DNA from: Pocillopora damicornis
Taxonomy: Eukaryota
Direction of reading: 5' to 3'
DNA length: 64,000 nt
Assembly (NCBI RefSeq): GCF_003704095.1
Contig: NW_020845387.1
Coordinates: 124,001 to 188,000, forward strand
Below the pieces are notes generated by a model that did no database searches, was not told where the DNA came from, and saw only the letters and a list, made by a program, of their open reading frames with translations. Shown here piece after piece: positions 24,092 to 38,913 of this stretch. The position numbers were made by a program, and so were the translations under genes. Position 1 is the stretch's first letter. Every line of letters begins with the position of its first letter.

Positions 24092-27020
24092 TTAGAAGCA
24101 GATGTGTGTGTTGATAATTTTATCAGTTTGAACACCGCTTGATTGGAAATATTTCGTGGAGTCACCATGTGTTTTGTTTTAAAATTGAGAATAAATGAAT
24201 ATTTTCTGCGTCTTTTGACGCAAGAGAAACAAGCGAGTAAATTTGCTCAAATGGATATATTTTTGCAACACTGAATATTTGAATATTGAATGCCAACAAG
24301 TGATAAACTCAAAAAAACAGTGCTTTTGAGAACACAGCTACTGATTTCAAACACTTTGCATACGAAATCACTTTTGCATTTAAAAAGGGAATTTAAAATG
24401 CAGTCTTTTGTTTTGAAAAGTGTTAAACGCATAGTTTACAAGAATCTCTCAACAGATACTGGCGAGTTGACGAGAAGAACATTCTAGATGTTGCAAACAA
24501 TTCAATCTAAACCGACAGGTTGATGCAATCACTTGGCCTGTTTTGCTGTAGCATTATCATTATCAAATAACTCCAGACAGCTACTGACCGAACACTGAAC
24601 AATTTGATTGCGATTAGAGCCCATTTACACCCAGTTATCTGTCACACTTCCTTTAGAATATATATAACGTTGGAGTTGACAACCACTGGATCTAGCCGGC
24701 AGGGCGAGTGTGGTGACCAAAGAACTTGCTTAGGGCATTGCCACCCGATGACCTGAATAAAGCGCTGAGCGACGCCATGAAAAGCAAAATTTCATTCTTG
24801 ACTTACACAGCTCTTTATCAAAGTACAAACTACATTTCCAAAGACCAGTTTGATCCGTAGAAACGCCCTTCGATCATGAAAAACAAAAAAATTGATTGAA
24901 ATTAGCCGACACCTTTTCAAGGGGAAAATTATTCCCTCGAGAATCGACTACCAAGCATACGATTTTGAGCAGAACAATAACTATTCTTTCGTTCATCTTG
25001 TTCGGTTTCACTGGCAGCATCGATGTTTTAATACTCATTAACAAGTAGTTAGCCAGCAAGTACCGTAAATCCGCCCTACACACGGCTAGGACTATTGGAA
25101 CCTCGGATTGTCCTGTAAATCATTTTCGAACATTCGCAACTAATAACTGTTTGCGCGCACCCATTCATATCATTTTCACAGTCACCTGCATGTGTGTTAT
25201 TAAAAGAATTACTAAACAAGAACGTAACGCCCTGCAATAAGTAACATTTTATTGCACTATGAGCTTCTTTTTCCTTTTCTTCAATCGCATGGGGCGTGAC
25301 CGATGTTGACACACCTTCCATATCTGCCATGGCGTTATCACAACACTGTTTTAACAACGCAGATGTATTGAAAACGAATCGGAAAACGCTAATTGCCGCA
25401 CAAATGGATAACTTGAATAAAGTATTTCAATGGATCTCCAATCTGTTCTTCCGCTGTTTAAAAAAATATAACAGTTAAGACAGTCTACAAACTCTCGCTC
25501 CATTATTTATGTCACACAATGTGTCTTAGGAATTGCTCGGGGTTGACTAACAATCGTCTGTATTTATACGATAGAGTTGACATTCGGAGTAGCAAACACT
25601 TTTTCAGTCTTTTTGTTTGGGAGGTGTTTTATTCTAATCAAAGCCTTGGAGGACCGCAAAAATAACAAATTTTATTGTCATCAATTTAAGAAGTGCTTAT
25701 CGAACACCATGGTGTCGCGGATGTTGGAGACTGTGATAATTGAAAGGTTTCACTCCTGCTGCTTTCAGCTCAACGATGTGGTTTTGAGTGAAGGAACTAA
25801 TTAAGCTGTGCCTGTGTTTCAAACCCTTGATGGATATCAAGCATTTTCATCGTGCCTTGTTTTCACATACGATTACAATACGAGGTCTGTTTTGAGCTGC
25901 AACAAGGTGGACGCGAGCAAACTTTCCCAAGAGGAAACACACATCGGTAGGAATATTAAAGGAGTCAACGAGTCGTGACATATCACCGCAAGGAAACACA
26001 ACTCTTAATGAGATAATGAATGACGCAAAACTGCACGAATGGCTCAGATCTGTCTATCAGTTCAACACAACTGATAGACTGCGAGAGGAGGCGGAAAGTT
26101 GGAACTTTTGATCAACGTCAGTGTCGAGCACTGATGCATTCTCAGGCTTGTAATGCTCTGAAATATCACTTAAATTGAAAACAGGGATTGTATTTAATCG
26201 AACGCAATGCTAGGTCAACAGGGGGACAAATTAATACACTATCCGAGCCACGAAAGCTGGGGTCAAACAGTTCACCACGTGCAACTCACGCAATCTGTAT
26301 TCCTCCTCCATGGGAGCGTTCTATCTCTCATCAGCCACTCATTTTGCGGTTAAATCCTTGAGCGAGTTCAAATCAAAGAAGGCTTTGATCCTGCAGCGAA
26401 GCCACAGTTCCAAGCATCAACCAGTTGTGTCGACAAACAGATATTTTAAGTGCATTGTTAGCCCGTTAAGTTTCAGCTGACCTGTTGGGAATTACTTTTC
26501 GAAAAGATTTTAATTATGTTTGTGTTAGAAAAAAAATCCTTATCTGATCGGTATGATTGTTTTTGTAGAACTTATTACATGTAAACTGTCTACCTGTTGG
26601 CGCAACTTGATTTATATAGAGACTCTCTTTCGTGATCAATGTACACGCTGTGAAATTCTGATCACAGCCAACCTTGCAAGCTTCTTTATCTTTCCAATTT
26701 CAATAAAACAAGTTGTCTCTCTTCATTCATCTTCGTACACTGAATTAAAAGAAAGTCAGAATTTATTCCAAGTGTGACCTGACTACCTGCCCGGGTAAGC
26801 TTTAAGTTTTTAAATATAAGTAATCTGTGCTGAATCAACAGTTCTCTACCTTTCTATCTCTTCAGTATCGTGACCCTCATTGTTGTTTCCTCAGAAGGCT
26901 TTTATTCACATTCGTCCAAGGTTTCCTTTGTAATAAGCCGGCCACCGGATTATTACTTGCTAGTTTTTCAGGATTATCATCGAAATAAATAGTGTCCTTT
27001 ATTCGTGTGACGCTTGAGAG

Positions 27021-30000
27021 CTAGTTAAGATTAGGAGGTTGAGGCAGACGAACTGAACTGGTTGTATGAACCTCGGGTTGGTAGGTGAGAAGAACAACCA
27101 GGACCCATACATGAAGCAACACCTATACAACAATAAATAAGGACAGAAAAGTTTCTAAGGTACTGAAGCGTCAGGAGATATATATTTCAATATCAACAGA
27201 AAATAATACAAAAATGTATCACAAAGCCTCGTACATGAAAACAGAAATATAATTGTCGTTAGGTTGCACCCGCCAGAATCGACATGGAGATCAATCAACA
27301 AACAAAAGAAAGAACTAAAAGTGTAATTTGAACAGTTTTGGCGAACAAGCCGCATTTATCCAACCAAATACACCTGCTGCTCTGTCGATTCCGTGACACT
27401 GCCTCCTCAAGTACGTCAAAGAGTGGGAATAATAATTTAAAAATCCATTAACGTTAGAAATACTTAAATAGAAATGAGACCAATTTTCGGAAAAGGTTTC
27501 AGTAAAATCGAGAACGCTGATATACTCTTAACACTCTCCAACAAACTGTGTCAAGTTTGACAATCGTCTTCAGAGACCAATATTTCGCGAAATTAACCCT
27601 CTAGTTCTTTCTCTCAGCAAATGGGCGCAGTTATTTAACTGAAGGCAAGTAGAACGCGAAACTTTAACGTTTCCCATTCAAAAATATGCAAATAGTCCTT
27701 CTTAAATTCATTTTTAGAAACGAAGTTAAGTGCCAGTTGGCCTTTTTTCCCCCGGAAATTGAAATGTGATGTAAGGAATAAATGATCACACTCCGAATTA
27801 TCTATGAAAATAAATTATTTAGGATAAATAATGTTCGCAAAGAGAGCTTTTCCATCGGTTTGACCACCAAATAAAGGTAATTTTACCTTGATCACAATAA
27901 CCTCACAAGAGTAAACAGAAATATACACTTGCACTTTAACTTAAGTGTTTAATTCAATATGGATAAGCATCACTGCGAGTAAATGGATGTGTCATCAAAT
28001 CACTTCTAGACACCACTTTCATAACGAAGATGACGTACAGACAAGACCGCGCCATAAACGACGCACAAAGGATCTAGAGTTACTTGTGTGGCAAGGTCCA
28101 GAGGAGAACGGGCCGAGTGAAACAGATTATGCTATATACAAGAGACAGGAGTACTTTACCATGTAAATGATGACAAAGAGCCGTGCAATGGGATACCTTC
28201 TGAGGAACAGACCAAGTCTTATACTGAAAAAAAGGATAAAATGATGTGACAACGTGTAGGTTCAATCAACATTTCAGAAAATAAAAACGAGTTTGTTTTC
28301 GCTTATCAGTGAGTGGTGCGGCAAAAATGACATTGTAATGGTGAAAAATAAAATAAAATAAAAAGGACGAAGTAAAAACCAAAAAACTTCGGGCAATTAA
28401 TAAGCTTAAAGGAACCGACAAAAGGTGAAAAGATAGAGCTTCTCTGACACAAAAATCCTAACGATCCATTCTCAAGGGAATAACTAACTGTATTGGCCAA
28501 AGTCGGATATTGACGTAGAAGGAAATAGATTTCGTACAAGTTATCTGCAAGCATCACCTCAATGGATCTAACGTCTCTACTACACAGTTGGCATCGGGAA
28601 TTTCAAGCTTAAAAGTTGGCAACCCAGGATTTAGCGGATCAACATTCTTAGCCCGAAAAAGATATAATCACTTATTTCAATTGTGGTTTGGGAGTACCGG
28701 CCATTTCAACCTTAATTTCTTGCCTCGCACAGATCTCATACATCTTAATAGAAATGATAATAATCCCATTTCTGGCCTGACTAAAAATCGACCTTTGATT
28801 TAATTTGCAGTAGCTACACCTAAAGTTTCACGGCTAGACGAATGCGTAACTTTCATTTCCGTCCATCCGTTTAAAATGTTTCAAGGCGGAGAAAAAAAAT
28901 AGATGTCCAATACTTTGGACATTGAAATCATCTATGAGATTTGGTTCTCGGTCATTTTGATGGCTCAAAATTTAGTCCGCCAAACTAATATTAGAGAAAG
29001 CCGAAGGCCAGCGCCCACCAACTTTGGCGCTTCTTTGTTTTGCTCTTATACTTAGTACAAAACAACGCCCGATTACAGGGTATTATTTATTCACTCATTT
29101 CATTTGGCACGAGGAGTTAAGATGGGACACCTATTCTCTAAAAGTAGGACTTGCCTGAACTTGTCGATTTCATTAACAGCTCGTTTAACTTTTCGGGAGT
29201 CGTTAAGTTGTGAGGGCATAATGGACGATATTGATCTCACACGTGACACTAAAAATAGATAAGAACAGAAGATATCAGACAGACCGCGGTAACGTAGGAA
29301 ACCGCCGCTCTCTTTCAAGAATGACCTAATTTAATATCAGCAGGCCACTTCGGCTTAAAGAAACACATGTAAATTAAAGGAGGCCGTCAGCGAATAGCAA
29401 GCCTCATCAAGACCCCGAAGGGGCGGCATAACCTTTTGATAACGTAGTAACCTCTCAGTTCTTGACAATAGAAACATCACTCAAGAGAAATACAAAAAAA
29501 AAAGGAAAAAAAAGAAATTTTTATCAGGCACTTTTCATAACAAAACAAAAAGAGAAAAAGGATTCGATGACGAACCCAGCATTATTTGTAATGTTTTTTC
29601 AACATTTCCTTTCCTGCGAGTGAGGCAGTTCATCACCACGCCCATGTATCTAGCAATCGGAACCAAAACCTCTCGCACAATAAAATAACCGCAAGTCTTT
29701 GCAGTCTACTGAGACTCTCCTGACGGGCACATAAACAAATTATTTATCGACTAATCTCTTGAAAAAGTCTGCCAGCCGTGATACGGAAACTTAGCATGGC
29801 TGTAAACTTACGCGTATTTTCATCGTTGTCATCAAAACCGTCATAAGTTGCTGACGAGCCGGCAATCATTTTAGACGTAGATGCCTGTACATCTCTGTAT
29901 TGCTTCTATAGATTGAAAATAACAAGTGAATAAAAGAGAAAACGAGCCAGAAGGATATCTTAAGTTGTAATTTTATCAGCAATCTTGATAAATGACAAGT

Positions 30001-33000
30001 TTTTCCATGGTAGATGAGGGCCGAACAACCGACCCAGCAGGCGAATTGCAGAGAACGCGCTTTCCTCCTCTTCCCCTCCCCTCCCCTCCCCCTACCTGAC
30101 GAAAAATAATATCAGAAGGTGTAGTAGGTTAATTTTTTTGAAGGGGTGGGGGAGGAGAAGGTGATCTTGGATTAGGTTGTCAAGTCAATAAAACCAAGGT
30201 AACATGCGTATTTTGTCATGTTAGTTACAGAAATAACGTTCTTATTCTACTGAGTACGAGATGACTAGAACACAGGATTAGTCACTATATTAAATAACAT
30301 AATATAGGTTGTTTTGTTATTAAAAATTATCACTTTTCTCAGTGAAGAGACCGGTGAGAGGCACATCAGGAAAACCAACCCCCCTTGGCCACGCCCCTAA
30401 AAAAGGACAATTCACCCTAGGTTTTGTATAGTTTATGAGCAATATTTGTGACAGTTCTACACTTCTTGAGCAGTATTGAAAATAAAGCCTGAAAAAAAAA
30501 TCCAGGCTTGTACGGGAGTTAAACTCCTGACATCTGCTATACCGGTGTACTGCTGTAACAACTGAGCCAACAAGCCAACTGGGAGCTGTTGTATAATCTA
30601 TTCAGTGGGATTTAAGGTTTTCATACCTCCAGCCGCTCTAACTGTAAAACCAAGGAGTTCTTCTCTGTGCTCAGAGCCTCAATCAGTGTTTGTTTCTGAA
30701 TGAGGTTTTCTGTCAGCGCTCGGACTCGGTTTCCCAGTTCTTCTTCACTCGTAGACGTAAGTGCCTTGGTTGCAAGCTGAAAAACATAAATTGATAATCG
30801 AATTTCGGTTACAAGACGCTGCAGCATCGTCAGGAAACAGCGACCTTACCCAGAATCAAGCCTAGCACTGCCGGCATTAAATCTCCAACTTGTTTGGACA
30901 AAATAACGACAAAGAAAAATTACACATTCAAAGCTTGACAGCACAGGTATCAACTGACACTGACGCTCTAGAGAAAAGGTTTGTCTTAGTCTTGACTCGC
31001 TGTGATTAAAATTTGACTAACCTGATTTCTAAGTTTCTGAATTTCATTTTCCCTCTCCTGGAAGAAAACGCCAAATGAGATTGAACGGAGATTAATAAGA
31101 ATTCAGAAGAGAACAAAAAAACAGTTATCGATGATGGAAAGATACCTGTAACTGGCTCATAAAGCTGCTTTTAATTCCTCGTATCTCATCTTGGGCCTGA
31201 TGCAGGTCCTGACAGAAAACAAAGAAAAACATTCGAATTTTGAATGCACAGGATAAAGATACTTTTTTTATAAATAAAGGGATACCAGCTGAACTGCTGA
31301 ATGGCTAAAATTACAGCTATTCATCAACAAAGGTCACGCTGGAACAAAATACTGGAGGATTTGCTGTACGCAACACAATTTTCAACCTTCCCGAGTCGGC
31401 ATTACGACGGATAGGTGTTCACCAAACGTGTTTTGGTATCCGTCGGAAGGGGATTTATTCAGTGGATGGGGCTATCCACCTTTTGAGCAACAGGGATCAT
31501 GTGGTCTCTTATCTAAAGAGATCGGACAGAAATTAATGGGTGGGTTCTTTAAATAGGTTTATACTGGCTAGGAATATTTCTCTTTCACGTACTTGGAGAT
31601 GCTGTTGAATTTGTTGTTCACAGGCGTCTTTTTTTCTTTTTTCGTCATCCAGAGCACTCTCTAACTCTTCCATTTTCTCTCGAGCAAGATCTGCCTCGGA
31701 TTGTTGCTGCTGTTCCAAGTCCTATGAGGCAATATTTTTCAAACGATCAGATACTTAGTGCACAGTCTTATTCAACGTTTCAACTCATTCAAGTATGGTA
31801 TTTGAACAGACTACACTTGTCTACAAGTAGTGCTGATTGAGAGAGCCGTGCGCAGTGTGACTCGCACGAGACGGTGGGATATTAACTGTGAAGGTAGGTT
31901 GAAGACTGAAGCGAGAAGATGGCTAACTCTTCGGACTACTGAGCGTGCGCGAAGCGCCTATGGAGACTTTTTACGTCATTAGTGTGCACAAGGACACCTA
32001 GTCTTTGGTCAGGGTTCTTTGGACTTTTTTCCGCGTTCGCGACATCCTTTAATAAGTTTCTTTGCAAAAATTGTCCATTGCGAAACGTGAAAACTACAAA
32101 ACCAACTGTTGAGGTGTCTGAGACGACTTAAGAGAATTTAACCAGCGCAAAGCTGTGATTGCGGAAAGCAGATTAAAAAAAGGAAAAACACTATTCACCT
32201 GTAAATCAGCCTTGAGTTGCTCCATTTTGTACTTGACCTGATTGACTTCATCTTTAAACATGTCCCTCTCATGACAGACCTCTTCATATTCTGAACTAGT
32301 AACACCGCTGGTAACTTCACCTTTGCTTCCATCACGGAGACTTGCTATCACCTTGTCTTTAGCCTGACGGTAGAACGATTTTTCTTACTAACACTGTAAA
32401 GGGTTCACAACCCATAATTTGTTTTATTTCCATAAGAAGTTAAAACAATTGGATAATAACAAAATGATCCAGTCACCTGAAGAATTCTGGCTGCTTTATC
32501 TTTATAGTCCTTCAGTTCTTGCTTCGCAGTTTCTAGATTTCCTTTTGTTGTTTTGAGTGCTGTAGCATTCTCATTGTTCTTATCTATTCAATGGCTAAGG
32601 AGAAAAAGCTCCAACATGTATCCAAATCATAACTAGTTCGGAAATAAAGAATTGTAAGGAACTATTCTATGCACTACAAGAAGTCATTTCAATCCCTACG
32701 TACAAGTTATTTTTAGTTGAATCGTCGTTTTAAGTTAGGACAGATAAAAATATATTTGCTAGAGTCAACTTGAACAAAAGAAATTTTGTTCATTCAGGAA
32801 AAGGGGCATAAAAACATTCGTGCTCAGTATCTTAACTGTTACGAGTGTGAAAAAAAAAAAACCTTAGTACCCCTCCCCTCCCCTGAGAAGACTCGAACCC
32901 CAACTAGTTCTAATTTTGCTCATCTTCAGACAGTTGATAAGCCAGGCCATAAAATTAGTTCAATTTTTTTTAAAATTATTAAGTAAATTAAATGGAACTG

Positions 33001-36000
33001 ATGGATACTCTTCTCTTCATTGACTCTCTTCTGCAAAGTTTTGAGTGACTCGGCCAAGGCTGCTTGTCCCTCTTCTAGCTTTGTTTGCCTGTCCATGGAC
33101 TCTTTCTTAAAAAAAAAAATGAAAGTAAAGGGAACCTAAGTTTATAAGCCTTTAAAGTTATTATCAGGTTTCCATGCCATTCATTTATCTACTATATTAT
33201 CAATTAATGTAGCTTAACTTCTTCAGATAATAACAGTAAATTATATGACATAACAGTAAATTTAAAGAAATATCAAGATCACTAACAAATTTGACTGCAA
33301 CACAAAGATCCTGACCATTTTTTTACTATTAAAAACTTTCACATAATACTGGCAAGCCCTAAAATAAGCAGGCATTATAGTCTTATAGAAGTATTTATCA
33401 TTACATATACCTCGAGTTTCTTTTGAGATTCCTGTTCAGCTTTAAGTTTGCTCTCAGTTTCTTCCAGTTTAGCTTTCAGAGTGTCCAATGCATGACTGTG
33501 AACACCAGTTGATGCTGAGTGATCCTGAAGTAGCCTGAAGGAGAAGACAAGGGTTTTCTTACATATCTAAGTGCTAGTGCATTAGTATGGAAGTAACCCA
33601 GTTAAGAAAATTAAAACTACAACACTAAGAAGTAAACTCCTTTCTGTCTCACATGAAGGCAGGCAGGTGCTTACACCCTGGTTCCATCTTTTAATGAGAA
33701 CTCTTCAAGACAAGTCTTCAAAATCATCCTGAGGCTTCATAAGCTAAAACTTGTGTTGCACCACAGATGTTGACACAATGAGGTCTTCCATGACAGACCC
33801 CAGGTTTACCAGTTCAGATAACAATTTTATTAGACCAGTAATATATCAGTCAATGGCTTCAGAAGAAAAACAATGCCCAAAAATATAGAGCAGAGAAGAA
33901 CTCCTAAGAATGAAATTTAGCCTGAAATTCAAGCGGTGAATTGGACAAATACTGGCACTTAACAAATGAAATCAGTATTACTGAGTGAAGTTCATCTGCA
34001 GGTGGACCAACCACAAACACAAAAATTCAACCAAGTTAAACTCTGTTCAACTTGCTAGGTTAACATCTACATGACAAAAGTGAAAGTGAAGGGTGTGGTG
34101 TCAAACTTGATTGAACTTTGGGGATAATGAAGCATTCCAATTAATAGTTTAGTTTCTGATTTCGAAAAGCAGTGGATAACATTACTATTATAACTGTCAA
34201 ATGTACTGTATACTAACAGACCTCTCTCTCTCTAACTGGTACTGTTCAATTTGCTGCTGTTTGGTCTTCAGTTCCTGGTCTGACTCCTGTATCCTGACCC
34301 TGAGCACAGCCAGCTGTGAGTCCTTAGCATTAAGTGCCTCTGTATAATCATCCTCCTTCCCTCTCAACTGCCTGGAAATTTCCTCAGAAGCTGCCAACTG
34401 TTGATGACTTCTTTGAAGCTGTCTCTCTGTTTCTTTTACTCCTGTGATACAGTTATCAAGAAACTTTTCAGATAGGAACAATTTATATTCAAAAAAAAAA
34501 AAGCTAGCTTTTTCTTATTTCCATTCTAAGTATAAAATACAGACTTACTTACACTGTAAAAGTTACCCAGTAGTCAGAATTCCTTATAAAGTACTTTAGA
34601 ATTAAGATAATGTGGATAAATGAGCTGTGAACAGTCTTTCACGAGCAAAATTCGATGATTCAAAAACACACATCAAAGCAACTGTATGTAATTTGAGGGA
34701 AGAAATGGCAGGCAAAAAAAGCTAGGAAAAATTTACACTTCAACAAAGTGCATACCAATGACTCTCAATACTAGTTGGGTGCTATTCGTGACCAAGCACT
34801 GGCCACCAATAACGCAACTATGAAGCCACAGGTAAGGAACCAGGAAAATTTAGTAGGTTTACTGGGTTTCATTTGAGTTTCCTTTTTTTCAGTGTCAATA
34901 CTTACTCCTTTCAGCTTCCTTAGCCCTTTGCACCACAGAAACCATTTCTTCATTCAGTGATGATACTTCCTTCTTTAGAAGTGTGTTTTCAAATTCAAGG
35001 TTGGACACACGATCATCAGCAGGAGGTTGGCTGCGGTGATCAGCTTCATGCTGAGGCATGTCTTGTGCCTGAGGTTCTACTAGTCTCAGTCCATCAGATA
35101 TGTTTGTGTCTTTTTCTCCTGTATTTGAATTCTTTCCAATAGCATCTAGTAACAAACACAATAACAATCCCTGATCCATGAGCTCAAGGTTCACTTCCAG
35201 ATTGATTTTTAAAAGTTTCTCTTTTTTATAACAATAAAAGTTTAACTATAAACAGAGGTTTTCATCTGTTCAAAGGAGGTAAGGTATGCTTAGACCCTCA
35301 CAATAATTTGGTCATTGGTAAACCAAATACAATATTAATTCCTAGCTTTTTTTAAACTCTTAATTGTAGTTTTTTATAAAACACTGCACTTTATTGCATC
35401 CCTGAGCAATAGAACTACTAACACAAGAGTAAAGAAGCTTATTTAAAAGCAGACTGATCTCAATTAGTGCTTCAACTAAGACAACAAGAAAAAGGTTGCT
35501 TGAAAGGTGAATAATGCTGTCAACTGGATCACATGTTTTGTTTTGTTGACACTCGTCTAATGAACAGGAATTTATGTACACAATAGAGTCTTTCAGCTTT
35601 TGAACAAAAAAGCTTTGTCTGTTGTCCAATGCACCAATTGCCTTTCATAGCAAGGTCTAACCCACCATGTAGGGTAACAAATACTACTTAACTTTTTAAC
35701 ATGCTCACCATCATTAATTCTTCCATCTGGAGCATCTTGCTGAACCAGCAATGAAGTATCATTAGCTTTAACAACTTCATCAGATGATGTTTCAGTCACC
35801 AATTTTGGTTTTATAGGTTTCCTTTCCTTAGAAGTGGGAACATTGCTATTGAGGAACTCAAATAATTTATCATCATTTTTGTTTTCTGTTCTTGTTACCC
35901 TTGGGGGTGTCCTAGAACCAGAAGAAGGTAGCCGAGACTTGATAGGTACTGTAGGTCCACCTAGAAAACAAAGCAAAGCCTTCAACACATCAATTCAAGT

Positions 36001-36551
36001 GAAATTATTCTGGACAATATTGAAGCCATGACAGAGAAGACAATGTGCCTTGTGGCTCACAATAATGTACTATGTGCTTACAAAAAGCTAGTAGACACTG
36101 GTCCACATGTTCTTTATTATCATTTACACCAAATATTGTTTGTCAAAGTCATCCAAGAGGTTGTGAAATGACAAAAAGTGCTCAACAGCAAGATATCCTG
36201 CTGTCTTTAAATGAACAACTAAAAGGAACTGTAAATTTACATGAAGCTAAATTAACCACAGACAATAGAGCTTCCAAAGAGAATATAGATGTAAGCAGTT
36301 TATTAGTTCTCACCTAATACACTGCTCTCACTGGCTGCCTTTGCAAAATCAACTCCTTGGTTGACAACCGGTGCAGGAATTGGTCTCTGTGTTGAAACAG
36401 AACTTGCAACTGGTTTTGTTGGAAAAACATTTTTACCGAATACACCCCCGTCCTGGTTAATCTGGTCCTTTGTGAGTGCTGAAGCTGCAGCAGTATCAAC
36501 CTTTTCCAGCAGAAACTCTGCCTTGCCAGCAAGATCAGTAAACCATGACAT
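27021..36551 (-). CDS. GOLGA5: Golgin subfamily A member 5 (golgin-84), multi-exon
   Basis: N-terminus MSWFTDLAGKAEFLLEKVD; coiled-coil exons (KDSQLAVLRVR, ELKDYKDKAARILQ, LTENLIQKQTLIEALSTEKNSL); C-terminal TM region SIRLGLFLRRYPIARLFVIIYM|VLLHVWVLVVLLTYQPEVH...*; stop at 27021-27023. Confidence 0.93.
30460..30590 (-). mobile_element. Degenerate tRNA-derived SINE-like repeat in a GOLGA5 intron
   Basis: Reverse complement reads TGGCTCAGTTGTTA...GGAGTTTAACTCCCGTACAAGCCTGGATTTTTTTTTCAGGCTTT: A/B-box remnants plus a hairpin tail. Confidence 0.55.
32584..33008 (-). other. Candidate U12-type (minor spliceosome) GT-AG intron in GOLGA5
   Basis: Donor GTATCCAT; branch-like TTCTCCTTAGC about 12 nt before an AATAG acceptor with no polypyrimidine tract in between. 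Using the upstream CCTTAG as acceptor gives an immediate stop. Confidence 0.6.
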
Positions 36552-38913
36552 ACTGACTTATATCTAGCATATTGATAAAAATAGACCAAAAAAAGGGCAT
36601 CAAGCAACCAGTTATTGAGAAGTATTAAGTATTACTACTCCTCCTCCCAGCTTTACAATAAAAAAAACCTGTCTGTACTTTAGAAATTAGCAAATTCACA
36701 AATACATTTATTTTAGCTAGGAACATTCCATCAAAGTCTGGTGGTAAGGCTTGAAAGGCATTTCAATGACAAATGTGTATAATTGTCAATAAATGTGATG
36801 TAAATTGTGATGTTGTCTTTCTTCATCACTGGTGTTTAAAACTAGTAATTTTAATGGTATCATACGTTTCCTGAAAGTAAACCAAGCTAACAATTCTTTA
36901 ATCTGCTTCAATTTATGGTTATAACTTTCCAATTAGGAAGGCATCGAAGCCGCACAAGCAAGAGAAACTCAGTGGAGAACTCCCTTGATTAGTTTAGGAA
37001 TCGTAGAATATAACTAAAATTACAAAATTTTTCGTGTCTTTCAGCCACGGCTTAGATTTGAAAGTTGTAGAATATTAATTCCTCTGCTGGTCTGAGGTTA
37101 CTCAATACGTAAGCTTACTTCACTTCGAAGAGTACGTAAAAAATTCGTCTTCCTTTGGCGTAATTAGTGCATCAGCATTCCTTATACTTTCCCAATTTAA
37201 TCAAACCAACCGTAACACTTCGTTGTAGGATATCAGGCACGCCACTTGGTTTCAGTTGCAAATTGCAGGGAAGGTAAGTTAAGTTTCAGTATTGCTTGGC
37301 CGCCGTGTTTACATCGTCGTACGTGTCACAGAGGAAGTGCGCACTCCCTTGCAGCGCAGCCGCTGATCAGAAGAGCTTCGAGTGAGCCACAGAGAGATTG
37401 CGTGACACTCATGTTGTTGTGCTTGAAAGAGTGAAGGCGAAGAGGACAGTGACTTAATAGGGCGAATGACGAGAGGAATTTACGAATAAATCTCACCCAA
37501 ATAGTGAGGAAGGTGTAAGGCCGTAGAGTAGGGGAACTAGGGTTAAAATGTTACTTGATGACATATTATTTGAAGAAAAATCATACAGTACAATTTGAAC
37601 TCAGTACAATTCCCAGAGGGAACAAATTCTTTTTATCTCCTCAGTTTACTACTTCTTTCTTTGATCCATTTCAGTTATAATGTATGTATTGTCACCTTTC
37701 TACTGAGATCTGGTACCTCATTATAAAAAAGAATAGCAATCATAGTTGTGATTATTTGTGAGAGGAAGATTAAGTTGACTTAAATCAACTTAAATTGATT
37801 TTGATAATCACTTACTGCCTATGTATCCTTACACATGAGAGTTTGACTAAGTCCCAATCATTTTCATATGATGTGCAGCACTGAAGCACAAAGTGTGATG
37901 CGTATAGACAAAGCAGAAAGAAAAGCTCTCCCATCATTCCTTTCTGCCCAACTGCACTCTTATGCCATGTGCATTATGGAGATAACTGAGGAGTTCTCCA
38001 ATGTATCATGTTGTCCTGAAAAAATTTACATTGACCCCAAAACAAAAGAATTGGGTTTCTATTTGACACTAAGTATAGTCAGACCCGTCAAAACTTTCAA
38101 TTTATGCAAGTCACTGGTGAAGTTGTGATCATATCATCATATGTTGTCAACAACATATGATGATAAACTCCCCATGTATACAATTTTTTGTTAGAGACAA
38201 AGTCATCTCCAGCAAAGACCATATTTTGGAAATTTTACAGAATCAGTTTAATTTGATTTTTTGAATATCAAACTGCATTATTTGCTTCAAAAGTATTTGC
38301 TCTCAAGGAAACTGTTGTGGAGCAACTGGGGTAAGTAAAGCACTCATGCTTTAATCCAAGCGAAGTTAGGAAGGTAAATTATCTAACAAGGGCTAAAGCT
38401 TTAAAAATCAGCTGTACAAATTTAACAAGCCACCACAGTGTGGTTATCCATGTCAAATTCATCCTGAAAAGAACTCATGAGGATTGCAAATCTCTTTTAT
38501 TTAAAATTTCACAAACTCTTTGGAACCCGAATTGCATATTTCCTCGAGTGTGATAAACAAAAGCAGTTTTACTCTCCCTTGAGTAAAAAAAAATAATTCC
38601 ACATTTTGAAAGCTCCCAGAAGTAAGTTGCACTTTATCCAGCAGTTTATTATTGTCCCCATGATAAGCGACCACGCTTGTGCTGTCCTCCTGAGAAAGGT
38701 AACGCTCATGATCTGCCTTTGATCAGCATTTCCAACGGACCTCCATTTGTGTATGTGATACGCAGATTGTCCTTACCGCCAAAGTATCACCATCACGGAA
38801 TAGATAGAATATTTTGAATGTTTCATATCGAAACATCCATCACTCAAGTTAACTCAATTTATTAATGCTTGGGTAAAGTCCAAGATCACATTCACCAATA
38901 GCTAAATTTGAAG

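Noticed and set aside
25076-25357. 93-aa minus-strand ORF upstream of NCX
   Set aside because: No recognisable homology and no splice path to a gene could be established.
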